64,000 nucleotides of DNA from contig CAVYAN010000021.1 in the NCBI GenBank assembly GCA_963766075.1, positions 1 through 64,000 of the forward strand, in the 5' to 3' direction. How positions within the stretch are numbered: position 1 is the stretch's first letter; each line of letters opens with the position of its first letter. A program made the position numbers and the translations under genes. This document shows positions 1-11,385 of this stretch, piece after piece. Origin of the DNA: an uncultured cyanobacterium. GTDB lineage: Bacteria > Cyanobacteriota > Cyanobacteriia > Leptolyngbyales > Leptolyngbyaceae. The notes under the pieces are model-generated. The model was not told where the DNA came from. It saw only the letters and a program-made list of their open reading frames with translations, and did not search any database.

Positions 1-39
1 CGCACCGACGGCGACCTGCCGGGCGCGATGTCCCTCTAC

Positions 40-2210
40 TTAGATGCGAGCGTATATGCTGGTTTGAGGCGGCTCAACATGATGATCTCCTATGGTGTTG
101 GCAGAGAGAACGTCGGAAAAAACAGGGTTTAGAAGAGTTTTATCTGGCGCAGGATCGTCGGGTAGCGGACGTGTATGGCCGGCCCTCAACGCCAAAACTG
201 CCCGCTCCAGCTCCTCATTGTGCAGGTTGGAGGTCATATCACCATCGGCAACCCTCGATCAGGCTGCTCCGCGGGCAAGATGCCATTGCTAACCAGCCGG
301 TGGACGCTCATGGGACTGATCTTGAGCCAGGTAGCGGCTTCCGCCTGCGTCAGCCAGCCCGAGGTTTCCTTCAACGTGGCGTCAAAACCCGCGATCCCCG
401 CACGGCGTCGGTAACGGTGCACTCGGTCGCGGGTCCAGGTTTGGCGGTCGGACCGCGGATCTGTTCCCGGTTCAGCACCGCCGCGATCGACCCGTCGTCG
501 AGCACCTTGCGTAACGTCTCGATTATCGACTGCAGGTGGTCAGAACCCATTTTGCCGCGGCGGCGGGCGCGTGCCTGACGCAACTGGGTATGGTGCCCAC
601 CGGACCATTGGATCAAGAGCAACACTTCGTCGCGCTTTTCATCAATGTCCGCCACGATCTCCACGATCAGCACTCGGGCCAACTGCTGTTTCAGGTTCCG
701 CTGGCGCTGGGATGGTTCCACAGCCGTCGCACGTCTTCGCCCATCCGCGCGAGTTGTTCACGTTGAGCCGACGTCGGCAGCGCATGTTGTCGTTCATCGA
801 ACTCGGTCAGGCGAGACTGCTCCGCCGCCACACGGGCCAGCGCGGTCTCCCATTCGGCCCCCAACGCTTGCCGCACTGCCACGTACGTGGCATCGGTTTG
901 CTTGTATTCGCGCGCGGCACGCTGCTCGGCTTCAACGGCGGCCTGCACACGATCAATGAGCAATTGACGTTGCTCTTGATGTCGCATCGCCAACCGCTCC
1001 GTGACACGTTGGGCGGCTTCCACGCCCCCGGGCCCGACCACCTCGAGAATCTCCTCCACCAGCAGCGACTCCAACCGCGTGCCGGAAAAGGCCAGGCAGC
1101 GCCGGCACCCCGCGTTCGTTGTCGATTGCCGCCTGAGCAAACGTAACGCACCCCACCGGAGGAATACCGTGCCTGCAAGCGATGCCCGCAGCGCCGGCAG
1201 CGCAGCAGACCGGCCATGATGCTGGGGCCTCGCCCCGCGGCGCCCTTGGTCAAGGGACCGCGGACGTTGGCATTGGAGTCGATCTTCTCCACGTTGCGCT
1301 CCCAGGCTTGTGGCGTGATGTAAGCCTCGTGATGGTCCAAAAGCAACACGTCCCACTTATCCCGTGGCACGCGGCGACACTTGGTCTGTTTGTGCCCGTC
1401 GCCGTCCAGGGTGACGATCGTTTTCTTCCGACCGCGCACATACAGACCTGCATATGTCGGATTACCAACTAGTCTGAGAATCTGGCTGTAACTGGGCGTG
1501 ATCCATTCGACCTCGCGCCAGTCACGGCCGTGCTTCACCACCGGTAACTGGAACTTTTCGTCGAGCAAATGCAAGTATAACCGGCGGACGCTGGAAAACC
1601 GCTCGAAGTCGTGCAGGACTTTCTCCACGGCGCACTGCACTCGTTGATCCGGGTGCTTCTCGCACAAGGGTGGATGGCGGCAGATGTAGCCCGTCGGCAA
1701 GTTGTCGTATTGTTCGCCGCGCTCGCCTTTTTGGCGCAGACTCTCGTGCATGCGGTCGAGGATCATCGACAACTCGAATTCGTTGAAGGCCCCTTGGATG
1801 CCCAACACCATGCGGTCCTGGGGATCTGCTGGATCGTAGATGCGATGCTCATCGGCCAGCAGCACGTTCTTAAAACGGCAGAGCCGAACCAAGTGGCCCC
1901 AGTCTTGGTTGTCGCGGACCAAGCGCGAGAGCTCGCGCGCCGCGACCAACCCGGCTTTGCCGGTGACGATCGCTTCCAGCAGCCTTTGGAAGTCGGCGCG
2001 ACCGTGCTGCGAGCTGCCGGACTGACCGCTGTCCTGGTCGAGTAGGACGATGCGCGACTCCGGCCAACCCAGGCCGGCGACGTGGTCGACCATTGACTGT
2101 TGTCGTCGCCGTCCTTCGTGGTTATTGCGGACCTGCGTGGGGCTGCTCTGACGCAGATAGACATAGGCACAGCGGTCGAGGTGGGTCTGCTTAATGAGGT
2201 GGTGCTTCAT
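40..2210 (-). CDS. Large serine recombinase (resolvase + recombinase + Zn-ribbon + coiled coil + C-terminal HTH), split by several frameshifts
   Basis: Catalytic AYVYLRQSS, DQDSGQSG, ELSRLVR, NPTYAG and GLLRCRRCG zinc ribbon in ORF 807..2279 (likely start MKHH at 2210). It continues through ORFs 691..1356, 371..721, 234..422 and 40..237. Confidence 0.88.
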
Positions 2211-2433
2211 CGGTTTCTGACTCCATGCTGGGGAGAGCGCTGTGATCGAGATCGAGCGCTGTCGGCGCCTCAGGAACATGGCTCGTCTGTTCGCCGAGCC
2301 CGGGAACGTCGATGATTTCGAGATAAAGCGCTGTCAACACATCGAGCGCCTGTTCACGGACGGGATCGGGGAGCTGTTTCCAATCCAGCCAGGGTCCAAA
2401 GAGTGGTCTTCGAATGTGGACTAACTTGCTCAT
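2191..2433 (-). CDS. Small hypothetical protein overlapping the recombinase start (WKQLPDPVREQALDVLTALYL)
   Basis: ATG at 2433 after GGAGA. The W-x2-LP-x3-R-x2-A helix resembles small genes preceding Y4bA-type serine recombinases. Confidence 0.6.
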   Translation of the reverse strand: MSKLVHIRRPLFGPWLDWKQLPDPVREQALDVLTALYLEIIDVPGLGEQTSHVPEAPTALDLDHSALPSMESETDEAPPH

Positions 2434-2492
2434 GGGCGTCTCCTGGGAAGGGAAATCCTCGTGCCCAGAAGATGCCCACTGGAAGGGAAGAT

Positions 2493-2752
2493 CTACAAGT
2501 CCTGCGCGTGCAGCCACTCGGCCAGCCGGAGTAGGGCCGCCATGTCCACTGTGGGCTGGAGTCCGATGGTCATTTGCGCAGGCGCTCCTGATCGAGCATC
2601 CAGGCCGGCACCGCCTGCTGCTCGGGAGCCGCGAGCTGCACGTACTCCACGTCGTAACAGCCGAATTCTCGCACGACCGAGAGGTCGGGAGTCCGGTAAA
2701 GTGGATGAAACGGATACCAAACCGAAACTTTGCCCCGGTAGCGGGCATCATT
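2493..2752 (-). CDS. Y4bD/Y4pK (DUF5372)-like small protein, frameshifted, with no in-frame start codon
   Basis: Manual translation gives NDARYRGKVSVWYPFHPLYRTPDLSVVREFGCYDVEYVQLAAPEQQAVPAWMLD, then CAQMTIGLQPTVDMAALLRLAEWL. The YPFHPL...PAWM signature is typical of this family. Confidence 0.65.
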
Positions 2753-3550
2753 CGCGGTCGCCTTGCGCCAGCATAATCACGCAACCCATTGAGCCACAGG
2801 CAAATAAAAAATCTTGTTCGAGAAAAAGGAATTATCCGGTTTCTCCTTGCTTGCAAGCTGCGGCGGCGACCCGCATCGGTCAACAACGGCCCCCGCAGCC
2901 CACGCAATCTACCTATAATACAATATACGCCGTTTTACGGATTTCGTTAATGCACCTACGCGTACTGCGGCCCAAAATCGGATCGAAACATCTTGTTCAG
3001 AATGGACTTACGAATTTTCCTGGAATTATTCTTGACGACCACTGCGCACAGCGCAAGACCGCCATGGATGACATCGATCTGGAGATCAGGGTTAGTTTCG
3101 ATCGCTTGGAGAGAACCGCCCGGCCGGTCTTGCCCGGCATTGGTCCAGCCCTGGTTAGGGATTCTGGTCAAAGCAGGCCCTTCGCCCGGCCAGATCACTA
3201 CTGCTGTCGGGGTCGTCGGGGTCGGTGATGAGGTCGACGTGGGGCAAGCCCGGGGCGAATGGGGCGAATGGACACGCACTGCGGTGGCGAATGGACGCGC
3301 ACCGCGAGACCAGCCGGGGCAATTTAACCGCCATCGCTGATGCGGCTTAGGACTGCGCTCTGGGGATTCCTGCCGGCGAGGTGCCCGCCGCGCACTGCGT
3401 GTCCTTCGGCCTCCTCGGCCTTTCGGCCTCACCGACCGCCGGTGAAAAGTGGGCCGCGATCAAAATGGCTCTCCCGGACAAGACCAAGCGGGCGGCGCGG
3501 CCGTCCAGTTTGCCAATATCGGACCTGTCCCCGAATGGCACGGTACGGAA

Positions 3551-5348
3551 GTAACTTCTCAATAACCGTGGGTAAAACGGCTGGCCAGTTGGTAGAATCT
3601 GGCCATGCGGCTTCTCTTGCCCGACATCCCTGAGGCCGAACGCACGCCGCTGGTGCATGCAGCTCGCTGGAGATCATCTGCCTCCAGCAGGAGCGCATCC
3701 AGCAACTCGAAGAGCGCGTTCACCAACTCGAAGACGAGATTGCTCGCCTCAAGGGTCTCAAGACCCGACCCCGGATCGCCCCCAGTGCTCTGGAGACGCC
3801 GCCTCGACCGCCGCGCGACCCCAAGGCCAAACGGCCCGGCTCCGACAAACGCTCCAAGACCGCCCAATTGACCATCACCGAGGAGATTGTCGTCCGCTTG
3901 CCCGACATCCCTCCCGAGGCCGTCTTCAAAGGCTACGAGGACTTCGTCGTTCAGGATCTGATCCTCAAGCCCCGCGTCATCCTCTACCGTCGCGAACGCT
4001 GGCTGACCCCCGATGGCCGAAGCCTGGTGGCGCCCTTCCCCGCCGATGTCCTGCCCGGCAGCCACTTCGGACCCGACCTGATCTGTTTCATCCTCCACCA
4101 ATACCACCATCAGCACGTGACCCAGCCGTTGCTCCTGGAGCAGTTGCACCAACTGGGCATCGACATCTCCGCCGGCGAACTCAGTCGCATCCTCACCGAG
4201 GGGAAGGAGGCCTTTCACCAGGAGAAGGCCGAACTCCTGCCGACGGCCTTGGCGGTCTCGGCCTATGTCCAGGTGGACGACACCGGGGCGCGGCACCAAG
4301 GGCACAATGGGGCCTGTACCCAGATCGGCAACGAGTTCTTCGCCTTCTTCGCCAGCACCGAGAGCAAGAGCCGGCTCAACTTCTTGGAGATCCTCCGGCG
4401 GCCGCACACCGACTACGTGATCAATGAGACCGCGGTGGCTTACTGGCGGCGGCAGAAGCTCCCGAAGGCGGTGATGGGCCGACTCCGCCGGGGTCCGCAC
4501 GCGTTCGCGGATTCGGCCGCCTGGCACGGCGCGACTGCGGGCGTTGGGGATCACCCGGCCGCGGCACGTGCGGATCGCCAGCGAGGGGGCGTTGCTGGGA
4601 AGCCTGATCGCTCATGGGGTGTCGCCGGAGTTGGTGGTCCTCAGCGACGGGGCGGGGCAGTACGACGTCTTGGTGCATGCGGCCTGCTGGATTCATGCGG
4701 AACGGCCCTTGGCCCGGCTGATCCCCTACAGTGAGGAGCATCGGGCGGCGATCGCGAAGGTGCGGGGTCAGATCTGGGAGCTGTATCAAGACCTGAAGGG
4801 GTATCGGCAGCAGCCGGAGCCGTCGCGACGGGAGGATCTCGCAGCCCGCTTTGACACCTTGTGTGCGCAGCGGACCGGCTTTCCCAGCATCGACGGCGTG
4901 CTCAAGGGGATGCAGCACGCACCGGGCAGCGTTGCTGCGGGTGCTGGAGCGGCCCGAGGTCCCGTTGCACACCAACCTGAGCGAAGGGCATCTTCGGGAC
5001 TACGTGAAGACGCGGAAGATCAGCGGGGGCACGCGGAGCGAGCCAGGTCGCCAGGCGCGGGACACGTTCGCCAGTCTGAAGAAGACGTGCCGGGAGTTGG
5101 GAGTGAACTTCTGGGCCTATCTCCAGGACCGCGTGCGGGGAGTGGGTCAAATCCCCCGCTTGGCGGAGTTGATCCGCCGGAAGGCGGAGGAGACACCGGC
5201 CAGGAGGGCCGCGGCCGCGCTGCCGGCGTAGGCGGGTGGCGGCGCGGTGGGAAGAAACGCCGAAGCAATCGATCTCCGAGACTTCCGCGCTACCCCTGCG
5301 CGCTGACCACATGCGTGCCGCGGTTGCCCACGGTTATTGAGAAGTTAC
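3551..5348 (+). mobile_element. IS66-family element, single-ORF (ISBst12-like) type
   Basis: 22-bp terminal IRs GTAACTTCTCAATAACCGTGGG and CCCACGGTTATTGAGAAGTTAC with GTAA ends, enclosing a TnpC-like ORF only. Confidence 0.9.
3605..5231 (+). CDS. IS66 transposase (TnpC-like), frameshifted
   Basis: VQVDDTGARH, VLSDGAGQY, ACWIHAER and PLHTNLSEGHLRDYVKTRKISGGTRS are spread across consecutive frames. Confidence 0.88.
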
Positions 5349-5463
5349 ACGGTATTAAGTCGTAACCGTCAGGGCCAAATCAATATAGACAAAAATCGGC
5401 CTCCTTGCGACAAGCATGGGTGTTGACGCAGATCCATGGCTCGTTGCGGCAAGGAGGCCGACA

Positions 5464-6845
5464 GTGTCACAGCATATCTTTCCACGGGTTAACGGACAGG
5501 CCAATGCGCTGAGAAATGGCGAAGCGTGCCGCGACTTGCTCGACGGTGAGATGGTCAGGTCCGCGCTAGCAGAAGAAAAGGTCAAGTTTCGAATCCGAAA
5601 ATATACGCCGTTGGTAACGCTGTGGGCGTTCCTGACCCAGGTGCTTGATCAAGATCAGTCATGCCGCAAGGCGGTGTCGAACTTGATCGCCTTTATGATC
5701 TCCCACGGGGAAAAGCCTGTCTCGCCTGACACGTCCAATTACTGCAAGGCTCGTAAGCGCCTTCCGCTCACGCTCATCGTTCGGCTGGTGCGTAAGCTCG
5801 GAGAACTCCTGGATAGGAAGGCCCTCCCTGAATGGCTCTGGAAGGGGCGAGAAGTGCACATGGTTGATGGTTCAACGGCTTCGATGCCCGATACGGCTAA
5901 GAACCAAAAGGCTTATCCGCAATCATCAAGCCAGAAGCCGGGACTGGGATTCCCCGTGGCGCGGTTCCTGACCATCATCAGCTTGGCGACTGGGGCAGTC
6001 CGGGACTTGGCGATCGGGCCATGCAAGGGGAAACGGACCGGGGAAACGAGCTTGCTCCGCACCTTGTTGCAGCGGATAAAGGCTGGGGCAATTCTGCTCG
6101 GAGATCGGTATTTTGCCTCATATTTCGGCATCGCGGAGTTGCTTCAACGGCATGTCGACGGCGTTTTTCGTATGCACCAACGACGCAAGATTGACTTCCG
6201 TCGCGGTCGCTGTCTTGGGGTGACCGACCATCAGGTGCTTTGGAAAAAACCAGCGCGGCCGGAGTGGATGGATGAAGCGACATACGCGCAAATACCTGAC
6301 GAAATGTGGGTGCGTGAGTTGCGGTTTCTGGTCGCGCGACCTGGCTACCGCGTGAACGAGATCGTCTTGGTGACAACGCTGCTCGATCCCATCGCCTACA
6401 CCAAGGAAGAACTGGCCGATCTATTTCTGAAAAGGTGGAATATCGAGCTCGACTTAAGATCGATCAAAATCGTGTTGCAAATGGATGTGTTGCGTTGTCA
6501 GTCACCAGACCTGGTGGATAAGGAAATCTGGGTTCACATGTTAGCCTATAACATCATTCGAGGGCTCATGGCGACCGCAGCGGCGAAGAACGGCGCCGCG
6601 CCGCGTGAGTTGAGCTTTAAAGGGACATTGCAGGCGCTCACGGCCTTCCGTGATGCCCTGCGGACGACGGACCCGGAGAAACAGGCTCAGCTCTGGGAGT
6701 CCATGTTCGACGTGATCGCCTACGACCGTGTCGGAGATCGACCCGGGCGGTATGAGCCCCGCGCGAGAAGCGCCGGCCTAAACAGTATGACTTGCTTACT
6801 ATTCCACGTAATGAGGCGCGTAAACGCTTGTCAGTAGCGGCTTAA
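5464..6845 (+). CDS. IS4-family DDE transposase
   Basis: SNYCKARKRL, VDGSTASMPDT, LGDRYF and RWNIELDLRSIK (YREK-like). The C-terminal EPRA-KRRPK is shifted by one base. Confidence 0.92.
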
Positions 6846-6961
6846 TGGCTATTACCGTGCCATTCGGACCTGTCCCGCTTTCCCCTGCTCACCGTGAACT
6901 CCTCGCGGACTTGGGGGCCGGTCGGGTTCCGGTTTGTGGTACGTCGGTCTATCGGACATTG

Positions 6962-9396
6962 CTACTGCGGTGTGACAGGGGCGGCGCGAGCCGGAAGCGC
7001 AGGATGCGCGGATCGACGTCCGCCGGTCGCCGCGCGGCCCAGCCGGCGATCGAACTTTGCAATCGCGATTCCCAGTAAAACCGCAGCGCAAATGCAGTAG
7101 CCGAGGCTCCAGCCCAGCGCCAGATCGTGAAACTGAGCTCTGAGGAATGGTAACCTGCGAGCTCCAGCGTCATCGCGTTGGCCCCGCTGCATGGACTCCC
7201 CATCGCGAGATTGCGCAGTGCCTGCGCCCGCGGTCCGCAGGTCCGCAAGCAGCGGACCAGCGAACGAGACCAATCCGATCAAACCGGCCGTCACGGCGAG
7301 AGCTCGACCTCGCTGCCTGAACCCGGCGGCGCAGGCCAGGCCGAGACTGATCGCCGCCGCACTGATCGAAAGCAGATAGGCGATGAAGAGCAGCAGTCCC
7401 AGGAAAGGCGTGCCAAATCGGATGACGACCCATGCCGGCACGATGAGCAGAGGCGGAAGCAGACGGCACGCGCCCAGCCACTTCGCCAGTACGATCCGAG
7501 CGTTGGAAAGCTCACTGCTGATGAGCAAGTCCACCCCTCCGACGTCGCGCCCCTCGAATAGAGACGTCGCCGCCGCCGCGCCCACCAGGAACAGAGCCAC
7601 GGTAAACGAGACGCCGTTCATCCAGAACGCCCGAGCGCCGACCGACCACCCCAAGAGCGCGTCGAGGCTGGAGATCGCACCCAAAGTAAAACAGATCATC
7701 GCAGCGATCTGCGCCCAACGCGGCGGGTGCGCCAGACGGGCAAAGAGCGTCTCGACGCGTCCCAGCGCCGATCGAAGTTCGCCAACGTCATCGAAAGCAG
7801 TCCGGCCGCCACGAGGGCCCACATCAGCATCCAGAAAATGGCCCAGTCGATCGGAGTCACTACAGGGAAGGGTGTCGCGAGGTCAACCGTCATCGTCCCG
7901 GCCCAGACCAATGGGCTGAGCAACGCGGAACCATCATTTCTCGCCCAAAGCATGGGGGCCAAGTAGCACGGGCCGAGTGTGACAAACAGGTAGATGCCGA
8001 CGCTTACGGCCACGGCTCGACCGAGCTGGGAAAACCAAGTTCCGATGGCCAGCCCGAGGCTGGTGACGGCGGCCCCCGCGCAGAGAACGTAGGCGATCAT
8101 GAACGCCACTGCGGGCACGGACTCGAATCCGCCGCGCGGAGCGCATCCAGACGACGAGCGCAGGCAAGATCGCCGGCAACGCGACGCGACGAAACGTACC
8201 CAGCCACTTGCCCAGTACCAACTGCCTGGCGGAAAACGGCGTGGACAGGAGGACGTCGAGACTGCCACGCGTGCGTTCCTCGCCGACGCGCTGTCGCCGC
8301 CATCACGCTCAGAATGAGGAGGCCAACCGAGATTTGCGATCCGTTGACCCACTCCGCGACACCGGTGTTCGGCGGCAAGAGAACGGCCGCGATGGTCGAG
8401 GTCGACGCCAGAATGACGGCCGCGAACGTGACGACGATCGCCCAGCGCGACGGACGGCCTCGGCGGCACTCGCGCCACAACAGCGGGTTTCGGTCCAGCG
8501 ACGGGCTCGTCCCAGGGAGCGGCGATCGCATGATCCGATCGATCTTCCCCACCGGCGGCCGGGCATACCGGGACCACGCTCCGGCGACGGGATTCGCGCG
8601 TGCAAACGCAGCGCAGCCGGAGGATCACCCAGGCGATCAAGAGCGCCGAGATGGCCGAGCTCACGCCCAGAAATGCGAGAGCGTGATTCCACGTGACCGC
8701 TGCCGGGGGACGATTGGCTCAAAGCAAGAAAGAATGGGTTGATCGTCAGCGGCGGAAGCGGCACGGACCAGCCCATTGTCGTAGCGACCGTTTGCAGCAA
8801 GGGGAGGCCTAGCAGCCAGAGACACCCCAGAGCGTACGTGCCCAGAAGCGCTTCGTGGGTTTTACCCGACCACAGCGAGAGACACATCGCCAAGCGAGCA
8901 GCCCAGAACCGCGACGCCGAGGTGACGACGAATGCGAACCAGCGCCCCGGCGTGGACACCACCCAGCAGAGTCAGGATCACCATCATCGGCAGCGTGCAG
9001 ACCAGCAGCGAAATCACGGGAACCAGCCGGGCGGCCAGCTTGCCCAGCACGATCTCGGCATTCGACAGGTCGGTCATGAGCATGTGCGACAAGGTGCCGC
9101 GGGACCGGTCCAGACAGATCGCGCCGGCAGTCGCCGCCGGGGCCGCCAGCAGCACCAGCGTCAATTGCGTGCCGATCACAGCCTGGAAGAACCACTCGCC
9201 GAGCTCGGCCATCAGGCGGATGTTGTTCTGGGCCGGGTACGAGCGCGTGTTCATCCAGACGTAGGCCAAGGCCAACAGCAAGAACAGGACGAACGACGAC
9301 CGCAGCGCATAGCCCTGCCAGCGCTCTCGAGGACCTGATCCACTCATAGGCGAAAACCGGACCCAGGCTCAGCCGTCGGCCGACGCTCCTGCTCAT
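6962..9396 (-). CDS. ABC-2-type transporter permease (planctomycete type), multiple frameshifts
   Basis: LGPVFAYEW...RWQGYALR, APAATAGAICLDRSRGTL, SNAEIVLGKLAARL and NPLLWRE, with many TM segments across ORFs 8862..9347, 8309..8962, 7696..8664 and 6962..7822. Confidence 0.75.
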
Positions 9397-9558
9397 GAAC
9401 TTCCGTTGCGCTCCTGATCCCGTCGCGCGGGGCCGCAGTCTCAATCCGGGTCGAGTCCGTGATGACAGCGTTCCGCGCCATGATCGCGTGCCGGCTCCGC
9501 GGCGGCAACGACGAGTCGGGATGGAAACAGGGGCGGGGAGAGATCCAGTGCAGTAAAA

Positions 9559-9690
9559 TTGAGGGTCGGAGAATTGCGCTCGTTGTATGGACTCGAGGAA
9601 GTTGAGGTGGAACCGAGGGTCGTCGTGGCGATCATCGGCAAGAAGGACGGCGATAAACTGATTGTCGAAGGTGAGGAGTTCCCGCTATGA
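9559..9690 (+). pseudogene. C-terminal remnant of a RelE/ParE-family toxin
   Basis: LRVGELRSLYGLEEVEVEPRVVVAIIGKKDGDKLIVEGEEFPL* with an ATGA overlap into the next gene. The N-terminus is absent. Confidence 0.6.
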
Positions 9691-9968
9691 AAACGATGTC
9701 CCTGACAGACGCCCAGACGCAACTGGCACAGTTGGTTGACGTCTTGAAGGAGGGCCCGGTGTTATTGCTTCGGAAGGGCCAGCCGTGTGCCGCGCTTGTC
9801 GGCCTGGACGAACACTTCGACCGCGAAGCATTTTCGTTGGGGCGGGACCAAAACCTGCGACGGCTGGTGGACGAGGCGTGCCGTGATGATCATCATGCCG
9901 GGAGACGATCCGCCGTCGGCGGATTCAAGGCTCGTCCGGGACGTTCACTCCAACCCACAGGTTTATGA
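9687..9968 (+). CDS. Phd/YefM-family antitoxin (C-terminus possibly degenerate)
   Basis: MKTMSLTDAQTQLAQLVD...GPVLLLRKGQPCAALV is a Phd-like N-terminus. Confidence 0.65.
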   Translation: MKTMSLTDAQTQLAQLVDVLKEGPVLLLRKGQPCAALVGLDEHFDREAFSLGRDQNLRRLVDEACRDDHHAGRRSAVGGFKARPGRSLQPTGL

Positions 9969-9970
9969 TC

Positions 9971-10449
9971 ATGGCCAACGAACTGCTGTGTACGCACCTG
10001 AAAGAGTTGCTCGAAGGGGGCCATGGCCGCACTTGAAGTTCGACGACGCGGTGGCAGGGCTGCCGCCCGAGTTGCGCGGGGCGCGGCCGCCGGGGGTGCC
10101 GCACTCGCCCTGGAGGCTGGTCGAGCACATGAGGATCGCCCAGTGGGATATCGTCGAGTTCAGCCGCAACTCCGACCACCAGTCGCCCGAGTTCCCGAAG
10201 GGCTACTGGCCCCTTGGCGACGGCCCGCCCGACCCGGGTCCTGGGACCGGACGCTCGCTGCCTTCCGTGCCGGCCTGCGGGCGATGATCAGTCCGTCACC
10301 GACCCGAAGACCGACCTGCTCGCGCCGATTCCCCACGGGCAGGGGCAGACGATCCTCCGGGAGGCGTTGCTCGTCGTCGACCACAACGCGTACCATCTCG
10401 GTCAGCTCGTCGTGGTCCGGAGGGCCCTGGGCCCTGGGGCGAAGACTGA
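9971..10449 (+). CDS. DinB-family protein, frameshifted
   Basis: FDDAVAGLP...[17 protein letters not shown]...GYWP and [21 protein letters not shown]. Confidence 0.8.
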
Positions 10450-11385
10450 ATGCTGGCCGGAGGGGGGCGCCGGGCGCACTTGGTCAGTGGTCAGTGTCAG
10501 TGGTCAGTTGCCAACGACTGATGCTGGCCGGAGGGGCGCCGGCGGACTCGGCCTCCCGCGTGAACACGCCGCTCCCCGCGAAGGAACTAGCACATGCGAC
10601 ATACCCGGGCCCCATCTTCTGAAATTCATCGAGTCAATGATTGATCACCAAGCAGTCGAGGTCGCGTCGCTTGCCTTGCCGGCCATGGTTTCGGCGATGC
10701 GAACACAAACGCGGCCACGGCCAGAATCAACAGACCGTAACGAATCCGGCGCGACGGGGTCGGCGAATCTTGGCAGAGATGCGACGGCATGGTCGAGCAA
10801 GCGCCATCGAATTCGTTGCACTTGGTGCCGCTCATCAACGGAAGTGGCGTGGCCGAGAATCCGAAGGGATTGTTTCTCATCGCGGGCGTTCTCCTCTGGC
10901 AGCAATTGCCCCCAGTCATGGCAAGATTGCGATCAACGCCGTACAAAATCAAGAGAGCATCGCCCTGCTCGACTCCGGCTCGCTCGAGCGACTGACAACC
11001 GAGGTCGACGCCGCTCCACATCTTCGCGGCAGGCAGGCTCGCAAACATCTGAAGCGCATTGACGCCGCGGTGCGGTGGTTGTTCCGATGAAGTGGGCGGC
11101 CGAACCGCCGGGCTCCTTGTCACGCGCCGCCTCAAACGCCGAGGGGTAGTCGTGGATGGGAACTACCCCTATCCGGCCGATTCAACGCCAGGGTGAAGAA
11201 AAACCGGGTCGGAAGCTTTAAACTTGAAACGGCTCCTGACCCCTTTTGTTCTTATCGCAACAGTTCTGAGCAAGTTTCTCCGGAAAAAAAAGTCCCTCAC
11301 ACCGCGTGCCTCGCGTTGAGCCTTTCGGTTAGAATGGCCGCCACGGCGAACTGATGATCAGCTTCACGTTCTTGGAGCCTCGACC

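Larger units (their letters stand above)
78..2752 (-). mobile_element. IS-like three-gene large-serine-recombinase element (approximate ends)
   Basis: Gene order is DUF5372-like, small ORF, large serine recombinase. Only short inverted ATGATG/CATCAT motifs at about 79 and 2746 mark possible ends. Confidence 0.55.
3532..6866 (+). mobile_element. IS4-family insertion sequence, interrupted by an IS66
   Basis: Perfect 14-bp terminal IRs CGAATGGCACGGTA (3532-3545) and TACCGTGCCATTCG (6853-6866). A 10-bp target duplication GACCTGTCCC lies at 3522-3531 and 6867-6876. Confidence 0.9.

Noticed and set aside
2780..3520. ORFs between the recombinase element and the IS4
   Set aside because: No family signature; likely spurious GC-rich open frames.
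10620..11135. Overlapping ORFs between dinB and Uma2
   Set aside because: No recognisable motif in any frame, and the error-rich sequence prevents a call.
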